DNA of 64,000 nucleotides from assembly GCA_947628535.1 (NCBI GenBank), contig CANRAF010000001.1, positions 93,120-157,119 on the forward strand. The letters run 5' to 3'. A program made the position numbers and the translations under genes. The DNA comes from an uncultured Bacilli bacterium. GTDB taxonomy: Bacteria; Bacillota_I; Bacilli_A; RF39; UBA660. Positions within the stretch are counted from its first letter, which is position 1; each line of letters starts with the position of its first letter. This document shows, one piece after another, positions 42,269 to 53,219 of this stretch. The notes below the pieces were generated by a model. That model was not told the DNA's origin. It made no database searches and worked only from the letters and a program-made list of their open reading frames with translations.

Positions 42269-42879
42269 TGAAAGATATTTTATGTAAAATTTTGGGATTT
42301 TTAAAATATATTCTGTTAATTGCTGCTTTTGGATTAGTATTTTATGGAATAATTGTAACATATGGTAGACTTGAAAAGCCTTTAGTGGAATCTATACCAG
42401 TATTTATCCCTTTTGGAGTTGTTTTTCTACTTTTTATAATTACTTTAATAATGAGAGCAAAAACAGTTAGTAAGAATTTACTTTTTAATTTTGTTTCAGT
42501 ATTTGTATTTGTAGTAACTATTATAATATGTTTAAGAGCTATGTTCGATACTAATATGATTTTGTTTCATAAATATTCTATAAATTATAATCCCGCATTT
42601 TTTTCTGATAATTTATCTGCTATAGAGGCTATGATATATATGCTTGGAGTTGCAAATTTAATTTTGTTGGTTTGTGATTTGCTTAATAAGGATAATAAGA
42701 GCAGAAAAAATAATTCTAAAAGTACGGTTTCTTACAATGACAATAAAACTTATGCTAAACAGGAAAAAAAAGAAAAGAATAATGATAAAGATTTTTTTGA
42801 AAAGAAGAAAGATATTTTAGAAGATAATAATATTGATAAGGATACAGAAGAAGTTTTAGAAACAAAAGATAAGGATTGA
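42268..42879 (+). CDS. Hypothetical polytopic membrane protein with a K/E-rich C-terminal tail
   Basis: Start overlaps the upstream stop (TAATG). Four predicted TM helices. Tail KNNSKSTVSYNDNKTYAKQEKKEKNNDKDFFEKKKD. Confidence 0.5.
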   Translation: MKDILCKILGFLKYILLIAAFGLVFYGIIVTYGRLEKPLVESIPVFIPFGVVFLLFIITLIMRAKTVSKNLLFNFVSVFVFVVTIIICLRAMFDTNMILFHKYSINYNPAFFSDNLSAIEAMIYMLGVANLILLVCDLLNKDNKSRKNNSKSTVSYNDNKTYAKQEKKEKNNDKDFFEKKKDILEDNNIDKDTEEVLETKDKD

Positions 42880-42900
42880 TTTTCTTATCTTTTATTATTT
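42866..42900 (+). terminator. Putative terminator ending the sipW operon
   Basis: AAGATAAGG-(10 nt loop)-CTTATCTT inverted repeat followed by a T-rich tract. Confidence 0.4.
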
Positions 42901-42942
42901 GTAATTATAATATTTTTTTGTTAAACTAATGTTGGTGATTTA

Positions 42943-43734
42943 ATGAGTGACTTTAGATTTAAAAAGAAATATGGACAAAATTTTTTAATTGATAAAAATA
43001 TTGTTAATAAAATCGTTTCTACTATAGATGTTTCTTCAAAATCATTAGTAATTGAGATAGGCTGTGGAGATGGAAAACTTACTGAAGTTTTAGGGAGTCA
43101 TTTTAATAATGTTTTGGGATATGAAATTGATACAGAACTTAAAGATAAACTTAATAGTAATTTAAAAAATTATTCTAATGTTAATATCATATTTGATGAT
43201 TTCTTGAGAAGAGATATTAAGAATGATTTAAAAAAATATGATTATGATGGACTTTATATAGTTTCTAATTTACCATATTATATAACCACTCCAATTATTG
43301 AAAAAATAATAAATTCAAATTTAGACATAAAATTAATTAGAATTATGGTACAAAAGGAAGTGGGAGAAAGATTTTGTGCAAAAGTTGGTACTAAAGAATA
43401 TGGCTCTATTACAGTTTATTTAAATTATAATTATAAAATAGTTAAAGACTTTATTGTAAGTAAAAATTCTTTTTATCCGAAACCTAATGTTGATAGCATG
43501 ATTGTTTCTTTTTATCCTAAAGAAAAGATATTTGTTAAAAATCAAGAATTTTTTTATAAACTTGTAAGAGATAGCTTTAAATATAAAAGAAAAACCCTTA
43601 GAAATAATTTAAAAGGTTATGACCTTGAGAAAATAGAAATGGTTCTAAAAAGATATGGTTTTGATTTATCTGTTAGAGCAGAAAGATTAGACGTTAACAT
43701 TTTTTGTGAAATTTCAAATGAACTTAGCATATAA
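42943..43734 (+). CDS. rsmA: 16S rRNA (adenine1518/1519-N6) dimethyltransferase RsmA/KsgA
   Basis: KKKYGQNFLIDKNIVNKIV...EIGCGDGKLT SAM motif. Confidence 0.9.
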   Translation: MSDFRFKKKYGQNFLIDKNIVNKIVSTIDVSSKSLVIEIGCGDGKLTEVLGSHFNNVLGYEIDTELKDKLNSNLKNYSNVNIIFDDFLRRDIKNDLKKYDYDGLYIVSNLPYYITTPIIEKIINSNLDIKLIRIMVQKEVGERFCAKVGTKEYGSITVYLNYNYKIVKDFIVSKNSFYPKPNVDSMIVSFYPKEKIFVKNQEFFYKLVRDSFKYKRKTLRNNLKGYDLEKIEMVLKRYGFDLSVRAERLDVNIFCEISNELSI

Positions 43735-43752
43735 TTAGTTGGAGATGATTAT

Positions 43753-44547
43753 ATGCTTTTTAATATTGGTGATTTTGTTACAAGAAAATCTCACAATAAT
43801 GATATGGTATTTAAAATAATGGATTTATCTTCTGATACTGCTATTTTAGAGGGAGTTAATGTAAGACTTATTGCTGATGCAAGTATAGATGATTTAGAGA
43901 TATGTGAAGATTGTTTTGATGATATAACTAAAGAAGATAGAACGCTTTTGAAAAATATGGAAGAAGTTTTGGACCTTAATAGGGACCATTATTTTTATCT
44001 TCCGGGAAAAGTTTTGCATATTGATAGTGATAGAGATTATTTGGATAGATGTATTAAATTTTATAAGGATATGAATATAGTATGTTATGGAATTGTATGC
44101 TCTGAGGATAAAATTCATCTTAAATTAAAGGATTATTTAGAAGAAGTTAGGCCAGATGTTTTAGTAATTACAGGACATGATGCTTATTATGATAGTGGTG
44201 GTAATGATTATAAGGAAGTATCTAATTATAAAAATAGTAAGAATTTTATAAAGGCAGTTAATGTTGCACGTAGTTATGAAAAAGATCATGAAAAACTCAT
44301 TATAATTGCAGGAGCTTGTCAGTCAGATTATGAAGAGTTAATAAAGGCTGGATCTAATTTTGCTTCAAGTCCAAGAAGAATTAATATTCATGCTCTTGAT
44401 CCTGCAATTGTGGCATCTTCTGTTTGTTTGTCAAATAAAAACGAACCAATTGATCTTATAAAAATACTTAGTCGTACAAAATATGGAAAAGATGGAATAG
44501 GGGGAATTATTACAAATGGAACTATGTATGTGGGGTATCCTAGATGA
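43753..44547 (+). CDS. yabG: Sporulation-specific protease YabG
   Basis: 264 aa in the ksgA-yabG-veg synteny. Conserved LVITGHDAYY...IIAGACQSDYE core. Confidence 0.7.
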   Translation: MLFNIGDFVTRKSHNNDMVFKIMDLSSDTAILEGVNVRLIADASIDDLEICEDCFDDITKEDRTLLKNMEEVLDLNRDHYFYLPGKVLHIDSDRDYLDRCIKFYKDMNIVCYGIVCSEDKIHLKLKDYLEEVRPDVLVITGHDAYYDSGGNDYKEVSNYKNSKNFIKAVNVARSYEKDHEKLIIIAGACQSDYEELIKAGSNFASSPRRINIHALDPAIVASSVCLSNKNEPIDLIKILSRTKYGKDGIGGIITNGTMYVGYPR

Positions 44548-44750
44548 TTGAAAATGTAAAAAAACGTGTGGAAGAATTTAAAGGTGAAAAAATTAAATTT
44601 AGATATAATGGGAGTCGCAATCAAACAGAGGAATTTGATGGTGTTATAACCAATTGTTATAATTATGTATTTAAAATCGATACAGGAAGTATTAACAAAT
44701 CTTTTTCGTATTCTGATGTATTAATAGGTGTTTTAGAGCTAAATATTTAA
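44544..44750 (+). CDS. veg: Veg protein
   Basis: MIENVKKRVEEFKGEKIKFRYNGSRNQTEEFDGVITNCYNYVFKID is typical of Veg. Confidence 0.85.
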   Translation: MIENVKKRVEEFKGEKIKFRYNGSRNQTEEFDGVITNCYNYVFKIDTGSINKSFSYSDVLIGVLELNI

Positions 44751-44790
44751 AATATTTGTCTTTTTTAAGTGTAAATGTTGTGAAATCTAT

Positions 44791-44820
44791 TGACATTTTT
44801 GTTTTTGTTAATATAAAATT
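44791..44820 (+). promoter_or_regulatory. Sigma-A promoter upstream of spoVG
   Basis: TTGACA, about 16 nt, TATAAAAT. Confidence 0.45.
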
Positions 44821-44860
44821 GTTGTAGAAAGCAGTTTGCTTTTAAAAAGGAGGATTGTAG

Positions 44861-45121
44861 ATGAAGATTACATCAGTAAATGTACGTAAGATTGAAAAGG
44901 AAGGCTCACGTATGAAAGGAATTGCATCAGTCCTAATTGATGATTGTTTTGCAGTTCATGATATTCGTATAATTGAAGGAGATAATGGATTATTTATCGC
45001 TATGCCTAGTAGAAAAACAGCTACTGGAGGTTATCGTGATATAGCACATCCAATTAATCCTGAAACACGTACATTATTCGAAGAAGCTATTTTAGAAGCA
45101 TATAATACTGCTGAGGAATAG
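44861..45121 (+). CDS. spoVG: Septation protein SpoVG
   Basis: [52 protein letters not shown] is near-invariant SpoVG sequence. Confidence 0.95.
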   Translation: MKITSVNVRKIEKEGSRMKGIASVLIDDCFAVHDIRIIEGDNGLFIAMPSRKTATGGYRDIAHPINPETRTLFEEAILEAYNTAEE

Positions 45122-45125
45122 AAAA

Positions 45126-45150
45126 ATAACACCTTTGGGTGTTTTTTTAT
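45126..45150 (+). terminator. Rho-independent terminator after spoVG
   Basis: AACACC-TTTG-GGTGTT hairpin followed by T7. Confidence 0.7.
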
Positions 45151-45195
45151 GCATAATTTTAAAACTTTAACATATTTTTTATTGGGAGGAAATAT

Positions 45196-45483
45196 ATGGA
45201 AAAGTTTGCAGAAAATATAAGTTATAATCATGGTATTAGTATTAATGAAAGAAAGATTGTATATATTACAGGAGTTTTAAAAATAGAAAGTTTTGATGAA
45301 GAAGAGTTTCTTCTTGAAACTAATATGGGATATTTGGCAATAAAAGGAAGTGGGCTTGAAATTGTAAGGCTTGATACAAAAGATGGAATTGTTTCTATAA
45401 AAGGTACAGTAGATAGTTTTGCATATTTTGAAAATATTAAAAAGGGATCTAAAACATCAGTTTTTGATAAGTTATTTAAATGA
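45196..45483 (+). CDS. yabP: Sporulation protein YabP
   Basis: 95 aa (ITGVLKIESFDEEEFLLETNMGYLAIKGSGLEIVRLD) in the yabP-yabQ-divIC synteny. Confidence 0.8.
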   Translation: MEKFAENISYNHGISINERKIVYITGVLKIESFDEEEFLLETNMGYLAIKGSGLEIVRLDTKDGIVSIKGTVDSFAYFENIKKGSKTSVFDKLFK

Positions 45484-45752
45484 TATTAAGTGAACAAGTT
45501 ATCTCTTTTGTTTTTTGTTTTATCTGGGGGTTTATATACTACTTTTTATTTTATAAATTTAAGAGAATTTTAGTTTATTCAAAATATAAAGTTTTTACTA
45601 ACATTATTTATAATTTTATAATGAGTATTTGCTTTTTTATCGGTATTTTAAATATAAATGGAGGGGTTCTTCATATTTATTTTTTATTTTTCTTTGTTTT
45701 AGGCTTTATTTTATCAATGATTATATTTGGACACAAAAAGTGTAAAATATAA
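45480..45752 (+). CDS. yabQ: Spore cortex protein YabQ (small membrane protein)
   Basis: 90-aa two-TM protein, translationally coupled to yabP. Confidence 0.6.
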   Translation: MILSEQVISFVFCFIWGFIYYFLFYKFKRILVYSKYKVFTNIIYNFIMSICFFIGILNINGGVLHIYFLFFFVLGFILSMIIFGHKKCKI

Positions 45753-45831
45753 TCTTTTTTTGTCAAGTTTATTGAAAAAAAAACTTGCTTTTGCTATCCT
45801 TTAATAAGAAAATAGTGAAGGTGGTGATATA

Positions 45832-46137
45832 GTGGCAAGGTCTAAAACTTATAAAAGACTTAGACGAAAAAGGGTAAAACGAATTATTTTAGTTACTCTT
45901 ATTTGTCTTGGAATTAATTCCTATGTCCTATATTCTGTTGGCACTATTTTAAGTGATGTATATGATATGAAAAATGAAAATAAAAAGTTATCAGTTAAAC
46001 TTAATGAAATGAAAGAGGAAGAAGAAGTTTTAAAATCTGAAGTTAATAAACTTAAAGATCCTATATACATCGCAAAGTATGCCAGGGAAAAATTCCTATA
46101 TTCAGGTGATAATGAATATATTATTAGAATGAAATAA
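45832..46137 (+). CDS. divIC: Septum formation initiator, DivIC/FtsB family
   Basis: N-terminal basic region, one TM helix, and a coiled coil (LSVKLNEMKEEEEVLKSEVNKLKDPIYIAKYAREKF). Confidence 0.75.
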   Translation: MARSKTYKRLRRKRVKRIILVTLICLGINSYVLYSVGTILSDVYDMKNENKKLSVKLNEMKEEEEVLKSEVNKLKDPIYIAKYAREKFLYSGDNEYIIRMK

Positions 46138-46214
46138 CAAAGAATTGTTATTTTTTTTCTCTTGCATCTTAGTTTTTTTTATTATATTATAGTTTTTTAG
46201 TAAGTGGTGAAATT

Positions 46215-47534
46215 ATGGAAAGAGTAAATGATTATTTGTTACAAATTTTAAGTGATGGGGATGTCATTGTTTTAGGATGCTCTGGAGGTCCTGATTCTAT
46301 GGCACTTATGGATATATTACTTAAAATAAGAAAGAATATGAACATATCTATCATTTGTGCTCATGTTAATCATAAACTTCGTGTTGAAAGTGATGACGAA
46401 ATGGTTTGGCTTGAGAAATTTTGTAAGAAACATAATGTTATTTTTGAAAAAATGATTATTAATAATTATGGTGATGATAATTTTCATAATGAAGCACGAA
46501 ATATTAGATATAACTTTTTTGAAGATCTTGTTCGTAAATATAATGCTAAATTTATAATGACTGCTCATCATGGAGATGATTTAATTGAAACTATTTTGAT
46601 GCGAATTGTTAGAGGTTCTACTTTAACAGGTTATGCAGGATTTAATAAGTTTACTTTAAAAGATGGCTATAGTATAGTAAGACCTTTAGTATACGTTACT
46701 AAGGAAGATATTCTAGAATACAATAAAAAGCATAAAATAGATTATGCAATTGATAAATCTAATTTTTCTGATAAATATACAAGAAATAGATATAGAAAAG
46801 TAGTTTTACCATTTCTTAAAAATGAAGATAAAAATGTTCATTTGAAATTTTTAAAATATAGTAATTGTCTTGTAGATTGTGATTTTTATTTAGAAAAAGA
46901 AACAGAAAAATTATTTAAAACTTTATATAATGATAAATATATTGATATTACTAAATTTAAAGAACTTGATTCAGTTATTCAAAATAAAATAATTAATAAT
47001 TTACTTAAGAATTATTATGAGGAAGATTTAATTTTAATATCAGATGTACATACAGATTTAATTAAAAGTTTAGTTTATTCTAATCGTTCTAATAGTAGTA
47101 TTTATTTACCTAATAGTGTAAAAGTTATAAAAAGTTACGATAAATTATATTTTGAAAGAGAAACAGAACAAATTGATAGTTATGAAATAGAACTTGAAGA
47201 TTATGCTAATTTACCTAATGGTAAAAATATAAAACTAATAGATTCTAGTGATGTTAATGATAATTTTTATTGTAGACTTGATAGTAAAGATGTGGTTTTA
47301 CCACTTCATGTTAGAACTAGAAAATCAGGCGATAGAATGAAAGTTAAAGGACTTAATGGCTCTAAAAAAGTGAAAGATATTTTTATTGATTCAAAGGTAC
47401 CTATTAGTCAAAGAGATTTATGGCCAGTAGTAGTTGATTCAAAAGAAAATATTGTTTGGCTTCCGGGGCTTAAAAAATCTAAGTTTGATGTTCCAAAAAA
47501 TAAAAAGTGTGATATAATACTTAAGTATTATTAG
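46215..47534 (+). CDS. tilS: tRNA(Ile)-lysidine synthetase
   Basis: PP-loop (VLGCSGGPDSMAL). Conserved position before ftsH. Confidence 0.9.
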   Translation: MERVNDYLLQILSDGDVIVLGCSGGPDSMALMDILLKIRKNMNISIICAHVNHKLRVESDDEMVWLEKFCKKHNVIFEKMIINNYGDDNFHNEARNIRYNFFEDLVRKYNAKFIMTAHHGDDLIETILMRIVRGSTLTGYAGFNKFTLKDGYSIVRPLVYVTKEDILEYNKKHKIDYAIDKSNFSDKYTRNRYRKVVLPFLKNEDKNVHLKFLKYSNCLVDCDFYLEKETEKLFKTLYNDKYIDITKFKELDSVIQNKIINNLLKNYYEEDLILISDVHTDLIKSLVYSNRSNSSIYLPNSVKVIKSYDKLYFERETEQIDSYEIELEDYANLPNGKNIKLIDSSDVNDNFYCRLDSKDVVLPLHVRTRKSGDRMKVKGLNGSKKVKDIFIDSKVPISQRDLWPVVVDSKENIVWLPGLKKSKFDVPKNKKCDIILKYY

Positions 47535-47545
47535 AAGGAGGAATT

Positions 47546-49519
47546 ATGAATAAAAAAAATAATAAGAAGAATTTCCTATCATATGGATTAATTTTATGCT
47601 TTTTTATTCTTGTAATACTAATGCTTGGATCATTTGGAAACAAGGAAAATAAATTAACATATGATGAGTTTATGAAAAATTTAAATAACGGTAATGTTAC
47701 TGAACTTAGTTTAACTCCTAAACAATCTTCAGCAATTTATGAAATTACTGGTAAACTTAAAGATTATAAAAGTAATGAAAGTTTTACTATTAGAATACCT
47801 TATTCAGATAGCATTGTTTCAGAAATTATGCATGCTTCTGATTCTAAAGAGTTAAAAGTCGATGTTAATAAGGATCCTGAAAGTAATTCTATTTTAAGAG
47901 TTATTGTTAATTTCTTACCATTTGTTCTACTTATTGGTTTTGCTTTTTATTTTTTAACTAGACAAGTTGGTGGCGCTAATAAGTCATTTGATTTTGGTAA
48001 GAGTAAGGCAAAACTTCATTCAGATAAGGATAAAGTAACATTTGAAAATGTAGCAGGACTTGTGGAAGAAAAGTATGAAGTTAAAGAACTTATTGATTTT
48101 CTTAAAAATCCTAAAAAGTTTCAAAAACTTGGTGCTAGGATACCTAAAGGTGTTTTATTAGTTGGTCCTCCAGGAACAGGTAAGACTTTACTTGCTAAAG
48201 CAGTTGCTGGGGAAGCAAACGTACCATTTTATTATATAAGTGGTAGTGATTTTGTAGAACTTTTTGTAGGTGTTGGAGCAAGTCGTGTAAGAGATATGTT
48301 TAAACAAGCTAAACAAACTGCACCTTGTTTAATATTTATAGATGAAATTGATGCTGTTGGTCGTCAAAGAGGTACAGGACTTGGTGGAGGACATGATGAA
48401 AGAGAACAAACTTTAAATCAACTTCTTACAGAAATGGATGGCTTTGGAGCAAATGAAGGAATAATTATTATTGCTGCTACAAATAGACCTGATGTTCTTG
48501 ATCCTGCACTTTTAAGACCAGGAAGATTCGATAGACAAGTTACTGTATCACTTCCTGATACTAAAGAAAGAGAAGCAATTTTAAAAGTTCATGCTAAAAA
48601 CAAGATTTTAGCTAGTGATGTAACTTTAAAATATTTAGCTAAGAGAACTTCTGGGTTTAGTGGTGCAGATCTTGAAAATTTACTTAATGAAGCAGCTTTA
48701 CTTGCTGTAAGACGTGATAAAAATGAAATTACTATGAGTGAAATTGATGAAGCTCATGATAGAGTATTAATGGGACCTGCTAAAAGAAGTAGAACTATTA
48801 GTGAAAAAGATAAGAAAATTACAGCTTACCATGAAGCAGGACATGTTGTTGTAGGTATGAAACTTGAAAATTCTAATGTAGTTCAAAAGGTTACTATAAT
48901 ACCACGTGGTATGGCTGGAGGTTATACTAATATTCAAAGTGATGAAGAGAAAATGCATACAACTAAAAATGAACTTACTGAAACTATTTGTACTCTTCTT
49001 GCAGGTCGTGTAGCAGAACAACTTACATTTGATGATATAACAACTGGGGCTGAAAATGATATTGAAAGAGCTACGAAAATTGCTCGTGCTATGGTTTGTG
49101 AATATGGTATGAGTGAACTTGGTCCTGTTCAATTAGAACAAAGTGAATCAAGTGTATTCTTAGGAAGAGATTATAATAAATCACGTAATTTTTCTGATCA
49201 AGTTGCATTTGAAATTGATAAAGAAATTAGAAAAATTATAGAAAAATGTTATAAAAAAACAGAAGAACTACTTAAAAATAATAAGGAACTTCTAGATTTA
49301 ATAGCAGTAAATTTAGCTAAATATGAAACATTAACTAAAGAACAAATTGAATATTTAGTTGAACATGGACATGTAAAAGAAGAAGAGATAGATAAAGAGC
49401 TTGAACTCTCTGTTTCTGAACTTAAGGAAATAGCTAAAGAAAAGAAAATCAAAGGTTATTCAAAGATGAATAAAGATGAGCTTATTGATGCTATAGATGC
49501 TGTAAATAAAAAGGACTAG
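47546..49519 (+). CDS. ftsH: ATP-dependent zinc metalloprotease FtsH with a C-terminal Rho_N-like extension
   Basis: Walker A ([17 protein letters not shown]), SRH, and HEAGH zinc site. The extra C-terminus [27 protein letters not shown] resembles the Rho N-terminal helical motif. Confidence 0.9.
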   Translation: MNKKNNKKNFLSYGLILCFFILVILMLGSFGNKENKLTYDEFMKNLNNGNVTELSLTPKQSSAIYEITGKLKDYKSNESFTIRIPYSDSIVSEIMHASDSKELKVDVNKDPESNSILRVIVNFLPFVLLIGFAFYFLTRQVGGANKSFDFGKSKAKLHSDKDKVTFENVAGLVEEKYEVKELIDFLKNPKKFQKLGARIPKGVLLVGPPGTGKTLLAKAVAGEANVPFYYISGSDFVELFVGVGASRVRDMFKQAKQTAPCLIFIDEIDAVGRQRGTGLGGGHDEREQTLNQLLTEMDGFGANEGIIIIAATNRPDVLDPALLRPGRFDRQVTVSLPDTKEREAILKVHAKNKILASDVTLKYLAKRTSGFSGADLENLLNEAALLAVRRDKNEITMSEIDEAHDRVLMGPAKRSRTISEKDKKITAYHEAGHVVVGMKLENSNVVQKVTIIPRGMAGGYTNIQSDEEKMHTTKNELTETICTLLAGRVAEQLTFDDITTGAENDIERATKIARAMVCEYGMSELGPVQLEQSESSVFLGRDYNKSRNFSDQVAFEIDKEIRKIIEKCYKKTEELLKNNKELLDLIAVNLAKYETLTKEQIEYLVEHGHVKEEEIDKELELSVSELKEIAKEKKIKGYSKMNKDELIDAIDAVNKKD

Positions 49520-49543
49520 GAGTAGTCCTTTTTTAAACTTTAC
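49511..49543 (+). terminator. Rho-independent terminator after ftsH
   Basis: AGGACTA-GGAG-TAGTCCT hairpin followed by T6. Confidence 0.65.
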
Positions 49544-49558
49544 ATATTATACTAAGAG

Positions 49559-50080
49559 GTGATAGTTATGATTAATAAACAAAATTTAAATGGAACCACT
49601 TTATCATGGCCTGCTCCTGAAGTGTTTAAAGGAGAAAATGATGGTTTATTTTGTAAAGTTGTTATTGATGATTGTTATTTTGATAATAATGGTTTTATTA
49701 AGGATGATTTTTTAAAAACTATTTCTAATAGGCTTGATATCAATAAAGATAAATTGAAAATGATTAACATAAATGGTGAAATAGATAATAATTTTTGTTA
49801 TAAATATGATTTTAATGATGGAGTATTAAATTTATATTTTATGCCAATATTTGTTTCTGGATATGATAATAGTTTTTTTGAAATTACAACAGGTACTGAA
49901 GTTCTTCCTTGTAATATGGGGAACAACATAGTGGCAAAAGGACTTCTTGAAATCAATATGGAAGAGTTTAATAATTTTTTGAAATATATAGATGATGAAA
50001 AAAATAAAGAAGAATGCGATTTGTATATGGATAGCATTATTAATCTTAAAAAGAAAAATAAAATTAGAAATAGAAAATAA
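49559..50080 (+). CDS. Hypothetical protein (173 aa, acidic, several Cys)
   Basis: Compact ORF with RBS AGAGGTGA. No recognisable motif. Confidence 0.45.
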   Translation: MIVMINKQNLNGTTLSWPAPEVFKGENDGLFCKVVIDDCYFDNNGFIKDDFLKTISNRLDINKDKLKMININGEIDNNFCYKYDFNDGVLNLYFMPIFVSGYDNSFFEITTGTEVLPCNMGNNIVAKGLLEINMEEFNNFLKYIDDEKNKEECDLYMDSIINLKKKNKIRNRK

Positions 50081-50349
50081 AGTAGATGTTAAAGTAATAA
50101 AATGAAATACAGAAAGTTTTGTTTAAGAGATAAAAAATCTAAAACAATTTTATGATTTATTATCTCTTTTTGATTTTTATATAAAATTGGTAAAATTTAC
50201 CATATTTTTGAATGTTATTTTTATAAAATAAAGTAAAGAAATTAATATAGAATTAAATTAATTATGAATTATATTTGTAGTTAGATTGTTGACTTTTTTT
50301 CTAGTAAAATGTAATATATTGTTGATTTTGAATATTGAAGGGAGTATTT

Positions 50350-51330
50350 ATGTTTAAGATAGGAAATGTAGCTATAAAAAATAATATTGTTTTAGCCCCT
50401 ATGGCTGGTGTTTCAAATGCAGCATATATGAAAATTTGTGAAGAAATGGGACTTGGATATGCTGTTACTGAACTTATAAGTGCTGAAGCAATTGTGCGCG
50501 GGAATGAAAAAACTTTTGATATGTTAAAAGGACTTGATAGTCTTAAAATTCCTTTTGGTATTCAACTTTTTGGGGAAAATGAGAATGTTCTTACTAAGGC
50601 TGCTAAATATGTTGAACAGCATTTTAATCCAAGTGTTATTGATATTAATATGGGATGTCCTGTTCCTAAAGTTGCACTAAAAAGTGGTGCAGGTAGTGCA
50701 CTTCTTAAGGATCCTGAGAAAGTATATAGAATAGTTGAAAAGGTTAGTAGTAGTGTTAAAACTCCTGTAACTGTAAAAATAAGAAGTGGATGGGATTGTG
50801 ATAATATTAATGCTGTTGATATTGCTAAACAATGTGAAAAAGCAGGTGCTAAAGCAATAGCTGTTCATGCTAGAACAAGATCTCAAGGTTATAGTGGGAT
50901 AGCTGATTGGAATGTTATAAAGGAAGTTAAAAGTGCTGTTTCTATGCCTGTTATTGGAAATGGTGATGTTAAAACTTGTAAAGATGCTCTTAAAATGATT
51001 AAAGAAACCTCCTGTGACGCTGTGATGATTGGACGTGCAGCTTTAGGTAATCCTTGGCTTATAAAGGAGTGCATTTCTTATGTTGAAATAGGGGAAACTT
51101 TGGAAAAACCTAACATTAAAGATAGAATTGATATGATAAAAAAACATTATTTACTTTTGAAAAAATATAATAATGAAAAAAAAGCTCTTCTTGATATTCG
51201 TTCGCATGCCCTTTGGTATTTAAAAGGTATTAACGGAATGAAGAAGTATAAAAATGAAATTACTTCTTGTATATCTGAAAAGGATTTTTTTGCTGTTTTA
51301 GATAAAATTGTAGAAGACTTTACTATTTAA
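50350..51330 (+). CDS. dusB: tRNA-dihydrouridine synthase (DusB-like)
   Basis: LAPMAGVSNAAYMKICEEMGLGYAVTELISAEAIV...NMGCPVPKV TIM-barrel flavoenzyme motifs. RBS GAAGGGAG precedes the ATG at 50350. Confidence 0.85.
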   Translation: MFKIGNVAIKNNIVLAPMAGVSNAAYMKICEEMGLGYAVTELISAEAIVRGNEKTFDMLKGLDSLKIPFGIQLFGENENVLTKAAKYVEQHFNPSVIDINMGCPVPKVALKSGAGSALLKDPEKVYRIVEKVSSSVKTPVTVKIRSGWDCDNINAVDIAKQCEKAGAKAIAVHARTRSQGYSGIADWNVIKEVKSAVSMPVIGNGDVKTCKDALKMIKETSCDAVMIGRAALGNPWLIKECISYVEIGETLEKPNIKDRIDMIKKHYLLLKKYNNEKKALLDIRSHALWYLKGINGMKKYKNEITSCISEKDFFAVLDKIVEDFTI

Positions 51331-51379
51331 ACAAAAATAATAAAAGGTTTACCTTGACAAATAATATTTAAAATGATAA

Positions 51380-53128
<1,749 letters not shown>

Positions 53129-53219
53129 TATGATATTTTTTAAAAATTGGTTAATTTTTACAGTTTTTTCTTTATTTTTTTTTCTAAAAGTGCAATAATT
53201 ATATTAGGAGGTAAGAAAA

